From Mesotoga sp. UBA6090 (GTDB taxonomy: Bacteria; Thermotogota; Thermotogae; Petrotogales; Kosmotogaceae), in contig NZ_DIXC01000057.1 in the NCBI RefSeq assembly GCF_002435945.1, positions 1,141 to 65,140 on the forward strand: a DNA stretch of 64,000 nucleotides, written 5' to 3'. Below the pieces are notes generated by a model that searched no databases, was not told the origin of the DNA, and worked only from the letters and a program-made list of their open reading frames with translations. The translations under genes and the position numbers were made by a program. Of this stretch, positions 8,201 to 17,737 are shown piece after piece. Positions within the stretch are counted from its first letter, which is position 1. Each line of letters begins with the position of its first letter.

Positions 8201-10654
8201 TTAGATGGAATGAAGATCTGAAAGGCGTCTAAGTAACAGATTTGCCAGCGGTCTTTTGGGGTCGAGATGGAGAGTGGATAGGTAGATTGAATCATCTACC
8301 ATATCGATATAACCGTAGAAATCGGTGAGCCATCCATAGACAACACCGGAAAGCCTTCTGCTGTAGCCCAAGCTGCTTATCATTGGCCTATCTTCTATTA
8401 GACTGCGATGACATCTCCTGAATAATCCACCGGGAAATACGTCGAAGAGCTGTTTCGAGTTCCAGAAGATTCCCGTTATCCAGTCGCCCGAGAGCAAATC
8501 ATCCTTCGCAACAGTTGACGCTTTGTATCCTTTGTGTTCAAAGGAAGCGCCCGGTTTGTCCAGCACAACAACCGATTTTCTGTCAATCGGTTTCTGTAGT
8601 CTGAAATGAGGATTACTGATGATCGTGATCTCGGCAATCTCTTTGCGGGAAAGAACAGCGTGGAGCGTTGCAATACACTTATCTAGCGAAACTTCAATCT
8701 TAAGCAGCCCCTCGCTGAACCTGTCCGTCTCCAGAGATACTCTTACCGTGTCGCCCTTCTCCCCAGATACTGGCTTCTCTTGGATCTCTTCTCCAATCTT
8801 TATCCTGAGCGTTTCTCTCTTAATATCCCTTAGGAGAAAGATTCTGAGGATTGCCTCTTCTCCAATCCATAATTCTTCTTCATCCAGAAGAGCAACGAAA
8901 AGGTCGTTGTCTAGAATTGCTCGCATTCTTTCCGGATTGACCTTGAAGTTTCTATCGAAGTCAAGGAGACCGTTGCATTCCCAGAAGACGTCGCTCAGTT
9001 CCGTTATGACGAATCCCCTTATATTCTCATGAAGTCTCATCTTGTCGATTTCAATATTTAGGTTTTCCTCCTGGTTTTCAACGGAGATTTCGAAAAGCTC
9101 TCGATAACTGTATTCCTTCGATATCTCGCTATTGTTGAATCTCTTTAAAGCCCCTTCCGGTTTCGTCATAGGGACATCATTAAATATATGATTGAACCAG
9201 TATGGTTTTTCTTTCTTTCGCAGCCAGATTTCGGGTGGCAACGACCAGTTCCCAAATTCAGAAACGACAAGGGGCCTTCCTTCTGCATTATCTTTGAATT
9301 CTCCGATGTAGAAGCTCTCGGGGTTTTCCGAGTAAAGTTCGATAGACGAATTCCATTGATCCTGTCTGTCGATGGAGCTTACGTAAAAGTGGTAGTCGTT
9401 CAGATCGCTCTTCATATGGTAGTTTCCCATACAGGCAGAGTTGTCTATCCAGACGATACCTGGGAACCTATCCTTGAATCTCTCATACGCTTCGATTAGC
9501 CATTTCGCCTGATGTGGATCTGTCTGATCTATTCCCCAGGACTCGTTGATAATCGAATAGAGACAAAGCGATGGGTGGTGAGAATCTCTTCTCACGGCAC
9601 CGTCGATTAATTCCAGAAGCTCTTCGCTTCCCTCATCAGAAAAGAGATCAAAGTGCGGCGCATCCTGCCAGACGATCAAACCAACCTCATCTGCAATATC
9701 CATATATTTGGGATCAGGAACCTTCACATGATGCCTGATCGTGTTGATACCGATTCCCTTCAGTTTTACAAAACTCTCCCTTAAAAAATGCTCTGAAGGG
9801 ATCGTGTAAAGGGTTTCGGGATAGAAATCTTGATCGAGAACCGCTTTCATGTAGAAGTCGCGGCCATTCAGAAAGAGCTTCCCGTTTTCGGCTACGAAGT
9901 CTCTGAACCCAACCCTCCTCTCGATGACATCTCTGCTCTTCACTGCTTCAACAGTAATTACAAGTCTGTAGAGATTGGGAGTTTCAGGAGACCAGGGAAG
10001 GCAGCTGGGAAGGCTAAGCGAAATACTCTTGTCCCCGCTTATCTCTGACGCCAGAAGCCGGTTTGATTTGTCGAATACCTCTATGCATGCTCGATCGAAT
10101 TCTTCATTTGTGGTGAACGCGACCTCCAGGCTCCTCTTGAGATACGATGTGTCAACTCTCAGCCCACTTACGTGGACCGGGGGTCTTTCTTCTATCCACA
10201 CTCCTTGCCAGATGCCCGAGATATTCGTGTACCAGTTTGGATCTCCATTCTGCTTTCCGTGAGGAATACGTCTGAAGTCAATCTTCCTATCGTCTATGGG
10301 ATCGAAGACAAGAACCTGGAGTTTATTGCGCGATGACAGTACTCTGGATATGTCGAATTCAAAAGGCAGGTACCCTCCCCGATGGCTGCCCAACTCGGAA
10401 CCGTTCAGAAAGACTCTGCAAAGATAGTCTATTGCTCCAAACATTAGTATCGTACTGCAGTCCGAATTCCCTTCATATTCAAATTCCCTTTCGAAATACA
10501 TATATCTCTGAGAGGATGTGACTTCGGGATACTTGCTCTCAACACACCCGGGGATCTCAATAGTCTTTGTCGGCACAATTTCGCTAACATCATCTGGTTC
10601 ATTTTCAAGAATTTCGAACAACCAATTCCCGCCAAGATCTTTCCTTCTTCTCAT
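8201..10654 (-). CDS. glycoside hydrolase family 2 (beta-galactosidase/beta-mannosidase-type)
   Basis: 817 aa. The N-terminal sugar-binding pattern is LMFGAIDYLCRVFLNGSELGSHRGGYLPFEFDIS. The TIM barrel carries IRHHVKVPD and the acid/base-like IINESWG. Confidence 0.8.
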   Translation of the reverse strand: MRRRKDLGGNWLFEILENEPDDVSEIVPTKTIEIPGCVESKYPEVTSSQRYMYFEREFEYEGNSDCSTILMFGAIDYLCRVFLNGSELGSHRGGYLPFEFDISRVLSSRNKLQVLVFDPIDDRKIDFRRIPHGKQNGDPNWYTNISGIWQGVWIEERPPVHVSGLRVDTSYLKRSLEVAFTTNEEFDRACIEVFDKSNRLLASEISGDKSISLSLPSCLPWSPETPNLYRLVITVEAVKSRDVIERRVGFRDFVAENGKLFLNGRDFYMKAVLDQDFYPETLYTIPSEHFLRESFVKLKGIGINTIRHHVKVPDPKYMDIADEVGLIVWQDAPHFDLFSDEGSEELLELIDGAVRRDSHHPSLCLYSIINESWGIDQTDPHQAKWLIEAYERFKDRFPGIVWIDNSACMGNYHMKSDLNDYHFYVSSIDRQDQWNSSIELYSENPESFYIGEFKDNAEGRPLVVSEFGNWSLPPEIWLRKKEKPYWFNHIFNDVPMTKPEGALKRFNNSEISKEYSYRELFEISVENQEENLNIEIDKMRLHENIRGFVITELSDVFWECNGLLDFDRNFKVNPERMRAILDNDLFVALLDEEELWIGEEAILRIFLLRDIKRETLRIKIGEEIQEKPVSGEKGDTVRVSLETDRFSEGLLKIEVSLDKCIATLHAVLSRKEIAEITIISNPHFRLQKPIDRKSVVVLDKPGASFEHKGYKASTVAKDDLLSGDWITGIFWNSKQLFDVFPGGLFRRCHRSLIEDRPMISSLGYSRRLSGVVYGWLTDFYGYIDMVDDSIYLSTLHLDPKRPLANLLLRRLSDLHSI

Positions 10655-10703
10655 ATTTCATTACCCGCTTTCTAATGTCTGCCATAAATAATCTTCGAGA
10701 ATA

Positions 10704-11921
10704 CTATTCTTCGCCTCGCAAGTCGTTCCTCATGACAGCTGCAAGTTCTCCTGTAGATCTCCTGAACTGCCTGGAGGGGTCCATCTTGAGATTGACGAAA
10801 CCCATGGTTTCTACATACTTCTCCACAGGCTCGGATCCGTAACGATAATCCCAGTTTATCAGATCTATTGCGGGAAACCACGTGTATCCTCTCAGGTCTA
10901 TCCCTCTATCTGTCAGATTTTCTACGAGTGTGAGCGACTCTCTCCACCAGAGAATCTGATGATCTGGCTCTCCGTTTATGCTTGTTTCCGTAAGGAATAT
11001 CGGACCACCGTATCTCTCGTGATAACTTAAAATCAGTTTCTCGAGATAATCTGTCCCACCATAAAATGGTGTAGTTCGTACCTTCCCCATTTCTTTCGAG
11101 ACTTTGAAGACACTCAGTTGTGGATAGTAATTGACCCCGAATCCGTCGACTGTTATTTTGTTTTCTGTGAACCAGTCGAGATCTTCACTTCCAACTCCGT
11201 TACTGTACAGGTAATCGAAAAGACAATGCTTAGTATCTACCTTCCCCTGTATAAGATCATAGGTCAAATATCTCATTTCATTCACCTTCTTCACTTCCTC
11301 TTGCAGTTCTCGATCGGCCGAAAAGAAGATGCCCGACGCTTCAACGTGAAGGGCGTATTTGTCCGGTAGTTCTCTCTTTATGGACGAGACTGATTTCATT
11401 ATCCCTTTTGCCGTCGAGATGAGCAGTTTTACAAATCCGTCGTCTCCACTCAAATAAGGAGGCCAGAGTGACAGGCGGCCGCAGAATTCCTGGGTAATGA
11501 ATGGTTCATTCATGGGGGTGAAGAGATCAATTGACTTCTTATACCTTTCAAGAACCTCCAACTCATAATCAGCCATGTAATCCGGAAAACAGCTGTTGAG
11601 AAAACCATTGTCCATCCAGTGGGGTGTACCGTAGTGAATGAAGTCTACTATCGGGATAAGGCCCCTCTCACCCATGAAATCAAAGACTCTGTCGGTCCAT
11701 GAGAAATCAAATCTCCCTTTTTCGGGATTCACCGTATACCAGGGAATTCCATACCTAACATACTTGAACCCCGTATCTGCGATAATCTCCAGATCTTTTT
11801 CCCAGTTCGAGTAATGTTGTGTGAGTTCGTACTCATCCAGCGATCTGGCCGAAGTCCTATCCGTCTTAGTCACAAATGTGTCTTCAATTCCCGCTATCCA
11901 CATGAAGTCCTTTTTCATCAT
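10704..11921 (-). CDS. GH1-like TIM-barrel glycosidase
   Basis: I prefer ATG 11921 (GGGTGAG RBS). The product has FMWIAGIEDTF, YVRYGIPWY, an acid/base-like MNEP and a nucleophile-like FLTETS. Confidence 0.6.
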   Translation of the reverse strand: MMKKDFMWIAGIEDTFVTKTDRTSARSLDEYELTQHYSNWEKDLEIIADTGFKYVRYGIPWYTVNPEKGRFDFSWTDRVFDFMGERGLIPIVDFIHYGTPHWMDNGFLNSCFPDYMADYELEVLERYKKSIDLFTPMNEPFITQEFCGRLSLWPPYLSGDDGFVKLLISTAKGIMKSVSSIKRELPDKYALHVEASGIFFSADRELQEEVKKVNEMRYLTYDLIQGKVDTKHCLFDYLYSNGVGSEDLDWFTENKITVDGFGVNYYPQLSVFKVSKEMGKVRTTPFYGGTDYLEKLILSYHERYGGPIFLTETSINGEPDHQILWWRESLTLVENLTDRGIDLRGYTWFPAIDLINWDYRYGSEPVEKYVETMGFVNLKMDPSRQFRRSTGELAAVMRNDLRGEE

Positions 11922-12053
11922 ACTCACCCGACTCGCTAATGATAATCTTCTGTTTTTAGCCGTATACATTGCAATGTTTAATACACTCTAATGTGAGAGA
12001 TTCTGTCTTTTTCTTTCTTAAACTCAAAAAATGGCTTTGATCTCTGCCCTAGT

Positions 12054-13505
12054 TCAGGATGCTATCCTGTAAATCTTGTATGCAAAACTGGATCGATCTA
12101 CCGATAGCTCCAGAGAGAAGTCATCTGTTGAATCAAACTCATAAGAGCCTAAAATGTAAGAATCCACATCCCCTTCGTAGTTGTCGCTCCAAATCTCAAG
12201 TAAGTAAGTTCCCTCATCAAAAGCAGAAGATTCAATAGCTACATTTCCAATTGTCTCTTTGGAAGCGACCCATCCAATAGCCGAGGTAAGATCTTCAAAA
12301 TTGTTCCCGCTGCATGTATGAAATACATCTTTATCTGAACTAATTATGATTTCGTTATCAAGATTGATTCCCGAAAAATCGAGCCAGTCGATTCCTTCGG
12401 ACTCTATAAACTGTGAGATCGGTTTCAGAACCTGGAGCAGATAATCAGGCATAAGGTGGGGAGAAGTATAGGGCCACCGCATTCCTATTCCCGTACCTCC
12501 CGAAGCAAGGTGGGCCCAGGAAAAGGCCTTATAACAGGCTGTATCGAATCTGGAGGGTTGAGGCCATCGATCTATGGGTCCGCTCTCGCTGTCCATGAAT
12601 GGAATAGAATCATTAAAGAGATAATTGTGGTAATTTATGTTCATTACGACGTCTTCGGCGATCTTCATGGGATCCTTCGGATCTTTTATCGTGTCAAAAT
12701 AGAAATGTGTAGTGAAGAAATCAATGTGATCGAATCTGTAGAGCTTTCCGGACAGAATACCCGTAAGGGCAGGTTTCGCAGTCGAGACTGCCAGGAGATG
12801 AGTTTCTCCGTAGAGATCTCTCTCCAGCGCCCTTATGAAAGTCGAGATCTCTTCGATCCATCTTCTCGCTTCATTGCCAACTGAGTAATCTGCCTTATAG
12901 AAGATATGACCGTACCATAACTCAATTTCGTTGTTTAGCTCCCATGCAAGAATCTGCTCGCTGGCTCCATATCTTTCGATCATGAATTTAAATCTGGCCT
13001 TCTGCCATTCCAGCGCTTCTTCATCTGTAAGAAACTCGGCCATTGTAGATATCGGGCCGCCGTTGTCGGCGTTGTAAGGATTTACATCCCAGTTTTCATA
13101 CATCCAGAAAGGGTCCCAGGGCGTTATTATAAGGTAAATGTTGTACTTCTCGGCAAGAGAGATTATGTTGTCCCATATACCTATTACGGTGTCGTTGTAT
13201 GTTCCGAGCGGTGACTCGAAAAGTGATAGGCCAGACCTGTCCTGTGCATATTCGAACATGATTCTCAGTGTATTCACTCCATAGTAGGAGAGCTTCTCGA
13301 AGTACTCTTCGGCGGCCTTCCTGTTTCCATAGCTCAGAGAAATTAGTGAGGGCCAGGTTATTGCGTCATTGAATCCCACCGGAACAATCGCTCTTCCGTT
13401 GTGTTCGAAATACTTCCCAGCAGGTGATATCTTGACAAACGAAGCTATTCCGCTGAAAGCCACCGCCGAGAATAGGAAAATCACGAATAGTCTCTTCATG
13501 AGCAT
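12054..13505 (-). CDS. secreted GH5-like (mannanase/cellulase clan GH-A) glycosidase
   Basis: 483 aa. It has an N-terminal signal-like MLMKRLFVIFLFSAVAFSG, GVNTLRIMFEY, ILAWELNNEIE (NE acid/base) and an extra C-terminal beta domain. Confidence 0.6.
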   Translation of the reverse strand: MLMKRLFVIFLFSAVAFSGIASFVKISPAGKYFEHNGRAIVPVGFNDAITWPSLISLSYGNRKAAEEYFEKLSYYGVNTLRIMFEYAQDRSGLSLFESPLGTYNDTVIGIWDNIISLAEKYNIYLIITPWDPFWMYENWDVNPYNADNGGPISTMAEFLTDEEALEWQKARFKFMIERYGASEQILAWELNNEIELWYGHIFYKADYSVGNEARRWIEEISTFIRALERDLYGETHLLAVSTAKPALTGILSGKLYRFDHIDFFTTHFYFDTIKDPKDPMKIAEDVVMNINYHNYLFNDSIPFMDSESGPIDRWPQPSRFDTACYKAFSWAHLASGGTGIGMRWPYTSPHLMPDYLLQVLKPISQFIESEGIDWLDFSGINLDNEIIISSDKDVFHTCSGNNFEDLTSAIGWVASKETIGNVAIESSAFDEGTYLLEIWSDNYEGDVDSYILGSYEFDSTDDFSLELSVDRSSFAYKIYRIAS

Positions 13506-14332
13506 TACTCCTTTACTCCACCGCTTATGTCTATTCCTTTAATGTAATACCTCTGTACCAGGAGGAATATCAGTATTGAGGGAACAGCAACAAAGAGAGC
13601 GCCGGCCATCAGAGGGCCGTACTGTGTAACGTACTTCCCCTGAAGTGTCGAGATTCCTACCGGCATGGTCCTCTTCTCAGGAGAGTAAAGAACGACAAGC
13701 GCCCATAAGTAGTCGTTCCAGTTGGACATGAAGTTCATTACCCATAGAATAATTATTGATTCTTTCGCAAGGGGCGCTATAATGTAAAGGATTCGCTGCC
13801 TGATGTTTGCCCCGTCTATTATCGAAGCCTCTTCGATTTCTCTCGGAATGCTTATGAAGAACTGCCTCAAGAGAAAGATTCCAAAAGTGGAAGCCAGACC
13901 CGGAACGATTATCGCGATGAGGTTGTCAGTCCATCCAAAGGCTTCTACCGTAGTATAGTTGGGAAGAAAGTGAATCATCCCAGGTACCGCCATAGAAACC
14001 AGCATCAGCTTGAAATAAGTATCTCTGAATCTGAATTTCAACCTTGCAAGAGCAAAGGCGGCAAGAATCCCCACAAACACTGAAAGGCTTGCGTAGCTCA
14101 CGGCTGCGATCACACTGTTCAAGAACCACCGAAAAACCGGAGTATCGTGAGGATGTGACAGAACCTCTTTAAAGTTAGAAATCGTAAGGTTTTTTGGCAA
14201 GAAGTCGGGTGGCCAGGCCAGTATCTGGGCTTCAGTTCTGAATGCGGTCAGGAAAGTCCAGTAAAGTGGGAAAAGGAATATGAGAGAGATCAGTAAAGCA
14301 ACTATGTTTATTCCAAAACCTCTTCTCCTCAT
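13505..14332 (-). CDS. carbohydrate ABC transporter permease (MalG-like)
   Basis: 275 aa with 6 TM helices and the EAA-loop EEASIIDGANIRQRILYIIAPL. Confidence 0.9.
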   Translation of the reverse strand: MRRRGFGINIVALLISLIFLFPLYWTFLTAFRTEAQILAWPPDFLPKNLTISNFKEVLSHPHDTPVFRWFLNSVIAAVSYASLSVFVGILAAFALARLKFRFRDTYFKLMLVSMAVPGMIHFLPNYTTVEAFGWTDNLIAIIVPGLASTFGIFLLRQFFISIPREIEEASIIDGANIRQRILYIIAPLAKESIIILWVMNFMSNWNDYLWALVVLYSPEKRTMPVGISTLQGKYVTQYGPLMAGALFVAVPSILIFLLVQRYYIKGIDISGGVKE

Positions 14333-15228
14333 CGCCGGTCCTCCATGCTACTTCTTGTGAAGAGATAGTACTGGAGGAAGGTTACGGAAACTACTATCAC
14401 TCCTGTGATTAATGACATGGCTGTTGCGTAACCCATTCTCGGCCTCGAAGGATTGAATGCCTCTCCATAAATGTGGAGCATTATCGGAATCGTCTCCCTC
14501 CCAGGACCCCCACCAGTCATCAGCTGAGGTTGAGCAAACAATCCGAATCCGGCAAGTACCTGAGTTATGACTACAAACATCATCACTTGCTTGAGACCGG
14601 GAAGCGTTACATAGAGAAACCTTTGAATTGAATTTGCCCCATCGACTTTGGCAGAATCATACAGTGAATCGGGAATCTTTTTGAGCCCGCCCAGAAGGAT
14701 CACGGTGTTCCAGCCTACTGTCCACCATACTGTCGCGATGACAATAGAAAACCAAACCCAGGGTAGATCTGTGAGCCAGGGGACTTTGCCGATGCCGAAG
14801 AAACTCAGAACGTAGTTCAGCAGGCCGGAGTGATTGTTCAGTATCCATCTCCACATTACAGCCACGACGGTTACGGAGAGCGCCGTAGGAACGAAAGTCG
14901 CCGTAAGATGCAGGCCCTTTGCCTTCAGCTTCTTGCTATTTAGCATAAGAGCCAGCCCGGTTGCGACAAAAACAAGCACGGGCACAGAATAGATAACGAA
15001 CTGAACGGTTACCCATATTGCCTTCCAGAAGTATTCCGATCTGTACCCACTGAAATCGAAGATTTTCCCGTAATTGTCCAACCCGACATACTTTATCATG
15101 CCTTGAAACAATCCCCACTCTGTGAGGCTCATATAAACACTTTTGAATAACGGGAAAATGAAGAACACGCCAAAGAACACAGCATGGGGCAGAATGAGAA
15201 TATATGGAACAACCTTCTTTGTTCTCAA
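14329..15228 (-). CDS. carbohydrate ABC transporter permease (MalF-like)
   Basis: 299 aa with the EAA-loop YDSAKVDGANSIQRFLYVTLPG. It overlaps the downstream permease by 4 nt. Confidence 0.9.
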   Translation of the reverse strand: MRTKKVVPYILILPHAVFFGVFFIFPLFKSVYMSLTEWGLFQGMIKYVGLDNYGKIFDFSGYRSEYFWKAIWVTVQFVIYSVPVLVFVATGLALMLNSKKLKAKGLHLTATFVPTALSVTVVAVMWRWILNNHSGLLNYVLSFFGIGKVPWLTDLPWVWFSIVIATVWWTVGWNTVILLGGLKKIPDSLYDSAKVDGANSIQRFLYVTLPGLKQVMMFVVITQVLAGFGLFAQPQLMTGGGPGRETIPIMLHIYGEAFNPSRPRMGYATAMSLITGVIVVSVTFLQYYLFTRSSMEDRR

Positions 15229-15247
15229 GAGAACCTCCTTGATGAAT

Positions 15248-15279
15248 GTCCCTTCCGGAAAAACCTCTCCGGAAGGGAC
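15248..15279 (-). other. intercistronic 12-bp stem-loop immediately after the binding-protein gene
   Basis: GTCCCTTCCGGA-N8-TCCGGAAGGGAC, a perfect stem located between the SBP stop (15291) and the permease start (15228). Confidence 0.6.
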
Positions 15280-15290
15280 ATAAGGTTCAT

Positions 15291-16538
15291 TTAGTCTTGA
15301 AGAATTTCGTTGCTTATTCTTTCCGCGTTGCTAAGAGCTTGTTCAACCGTTTTTTGTCCCAAAATGGTAAGGTTCAACGCTTCCCATATCGGTCCTGTAG
15401 CATCGCCGTACTTTGGGAAGAAAGGTGGGAAAACAACGTATTCAGCACCTTTGGCAATTGTGCTGTGATAGGGCAAAGACTGGAACTCCGGACTATTCTG
15501 AACAGAGATGTTAGCGGGAATCTGGCCTGCAAGTGCCCATTCGTAGCTGTGATTGCTTATCCAGCTTATAAACTTGGCAGCGGCCTCAGTTCTTTCTTTG
15601 TCCTGTTTTCTCTGTTTGTAGATGACCATAGTGTGGGAACCGGCCCAGTTTGCCGGCCTTTCAGACCCTAATTGTGGGACCGATCCGGCACCGAAATTCA
15701 GTCCTTCAACTTTCATGTAGTCAGTCAGCATCCAGATTCCGTTGAATTCCATTGCGCAGGTACCTCTCTTGAAAGCGTCGATGTCTGCGTCGACCTGTAC
15801 CTTTTCTGGCGAAACCTTGTGCTTGAAAACAAGATCCACCAAGAACTGCATTGCATCGATTCCGGCAGGACTATTGAAGGCGGCCTTCGTCAAATCCTCG
15901 TTGAACAGCACTCCCCCATTGGAGAAGAAGGCAGAAAACCATATGAAGTAGTTAGGCCAACCTACTGGAATCATTGTGCCCCACTGGTCGATTGTTCCAT
16001 CTCCGTTAGTGTCCTTAGTAAGAAGCTTTGCGGCCTCAACGAATTCATCTCGAGTCGTCGGAGGATTCTCGGGATCGAGACCGGCCTCTTCGAAAAGGTC
16101 CTTGTTCCAGTAGAAGACGAGAGGATGAACATCAAGTGGTATTCCGTACACACTTGAGTCTACATGAACGGCATCCCAAACCGAAGAGACTATGTCTCCC
16201 TCTTTCATGTTCATGATCTCAAGGTACTCATCCAAAGGTAGAAGCATTCCCTGACTCACAAAACTTCTGATGTTGTCCACATGGGCAATACCAACATCCG
16301 GTCCCTTTCCGCTCGCAAGTGCTATGGGCACCTTTGTATTATAGTCCGCCCATAGCATGGTGCTCATGTTTACCTGAATCTCATCCTTGTGTTCTTCGTT
16401 GAACTTGTCGACAAGTTCCTGCATGAAACTACCGTCGGGCCCTGTAAAACCCGTCCAGTATTCGAGAGTGACTAATCCAAAAGCAGAGACTGAGAATAAA
16501 AGTAAGGCTGACAATGAGAAAACAAACAGCTTCTTCAC
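15291..16538 (-). CDS. extracellular solute-binding protein family 1 (sugar ABC)
   Basis: I prefer GTG 16538 (GGGAGGGG RBS). The product has the signal-like VKKLFVFSLSALLLFSVSAFG followed by a typical family-1 SBP sequence. Confidence 0.9.
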   Translation of the reverse strand: MKKLFVFSLSALLLFSVSAFGLVTLEYWTGFTGPDGSFMQELVDKFNEEHKDEIQVNMSTMLWADYNTKVPIALASGKGPDVGIAHVDNIRSFVSQGMLLPLDEYLEIMNMKEGDIVSSVWDAVHVDSSVYGIPLDVHPLVFYWNKDLFEEAGLDPENPPTTRDEFVEAAKLLTKDTNGDGTIDQWGTMIPVGWPNYFIWFSAFFSNGGVLFNEDLTKAAFNSPAGIDAMQFLVDLVFKHKVSPEKVQVDADIDAFKRGTCAMEFNGIWMLTDYMKVEGLNFGAGSVPQLGSERPANWAGSHTMVIYKQRKQDKERTEAAAKFISWISNHSYEWALAGQIPANISVQNSPEFQSLPYHSTIAKGAEYVVFPPFFPKYGDATGPIWEALNLTILGQKTVEQALSNAERISNEILQD

Positions 16539-16566
16539 AAAAAACCCCTCCCTTGTTCGGTTATTC

Positions 16567-17553
16567 CTACCCAGAGTCCCTAACTCTGAGAACAGGTTTC
16601 TGCACATATATCTTCTCTCTAATTTTCTTGCCTTTGATCATCTTGATTAGCATCTCGGTACTGGTTCTTCCAAGCCAATCCTTATCAAGCGCAACGCTAG
16701 TAAGCTTTGGACATACATAAACCGAATAGGGTATGTCGTCATATCCGACCACCGCGATCTCTTCCGGAACTCTTATACTCTTAGAACGTAGTAGGGCGAT
16801 TATCTCCAGAGCATACATGTCGTTGTAGGCGAATACTGCATCGCAAGCACCGCCGGATTCAAGATACTCTAGAACAGCCTTCCCGGCGTTTTCCGGAGAA
16901 GATTTGAGTTCGATGGCCGAATTTGCCAGCTCAGTCGAGTATTCCTGCAGCGCCTTTCTGTAGCCGAGACTTCTTCCCCGGGTAGGGAAGATATTCATAT
17001 CCGGTTGAACTGTGATGACATTTGAGCGCCCCGATTCCAACAAGTGTCGCGTTGCGATGTACCCCCCAAGTTCCTCATCATTATAGACTTCACAGAAACC
17101 GCTCTTCTCGAAGTGCCTACCGACTATTACAAAAGGTACCTTGATGCCATCCATCTCGACAGGCTTCGTATCATCGACAGGAGCGATCAGGATTCCGTCT
17201 ACTCCCTTATTCTGCAAGAATTCGATCGCAAAGACCTGTTCCTCGTAATCGGCAGCAGTATTCACAAGAAGAAGGTGGAATCCATGCTTCTTAGCTTCTC
17301 TCTCCATACCCTTAACGACTTCCGCATAAAAAGGGTTCGTATTGTCATCGATTATTACTCCGAGCAACCCAAGCACCTTTCCCTTTAGCGCCTTTGCCAT
17401 CATGTTTGGCGTGTAACCAAGTTCCCTGGCTCTGTTTTTAACCTTCTCTCTCGTCTTCTCATCAACATCCTCTTTATCATTCAAGGCTCGAGAAACCGTT
17501 GATACTGAAAGCTCAAGTGACTTTGCAACATCCTTTATGGTGATTCTAGCCAT
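16567..17553 (-). CDS. LacI family transcriptional regulator
   Basis: I prefer ATG 17553 (GGAGGTGC RBS). The product has MARITIKDVAKSLELSVSTVSRALN (HTH) and a periplasmic-binding-fold core. It is the first gene of the glycan operon. Confidence 0.9.
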   Translation of the reverse strand: MARITIKDVAKSLELSVSTVSRALNDKEDVDEKTREKVKNRARELGYTPNMMAKALKGKVLGLLGVIIDDNTNPFYAEVVKGMEREAKKHGFHLLLVNTAADYEEQVFAIEFLQNKGVDGILIAPVDDTKPVEMDGIKVPFVIVGRHFEKSGFCEVYNDEELGGYIATRHLLESGRSNVITVQPDMNIFPTRGRSLGYRKALQEYSTELANSAIELKSSPENAGKAVLEYLESGGACDAVFAYNDMYALEIIALLRSKSIRVPEEIAVVGYDDIPYSVYVCPKLTSVALDKDWLGRTSTEMLIKMIKGKKIREKIYVQKPVLRVRDSG

Positions 17554-17583
17554 TCGGGGCACCTCCAAATTCACCAACGATGC

Positions 17584-17641
17584 CGCAAACGTTTGCGGAA
17601 ACGTTTGCATTTATTCTAACATCTTAGTAACTTAGGTCCAA
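17584..17641 (-). promoter_or_regulatory. promoter plus two tandem LacI-type operators
   Basis: Minus strand reads TTGGAC (17641-17636), a 17-nt spacer, then TAGAAT (17618-17613). These are followed by TGCAAACGTTTCCG (17609-17596) and the perfect palindrome CGCAAACGTTTGCG (17597-17584). Both match the TGNAANCGNTTNCA type. Confidence 0.6.
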
Positions 17642-17737
17642 AACAATTCTAGAACGATTATCGGCGTTCTTGGATATCTATGGTCGAATAATGCAGAATG
17701 ACTCGGTTATTCTGTTAATATCTTGTGATGGTAGTCT

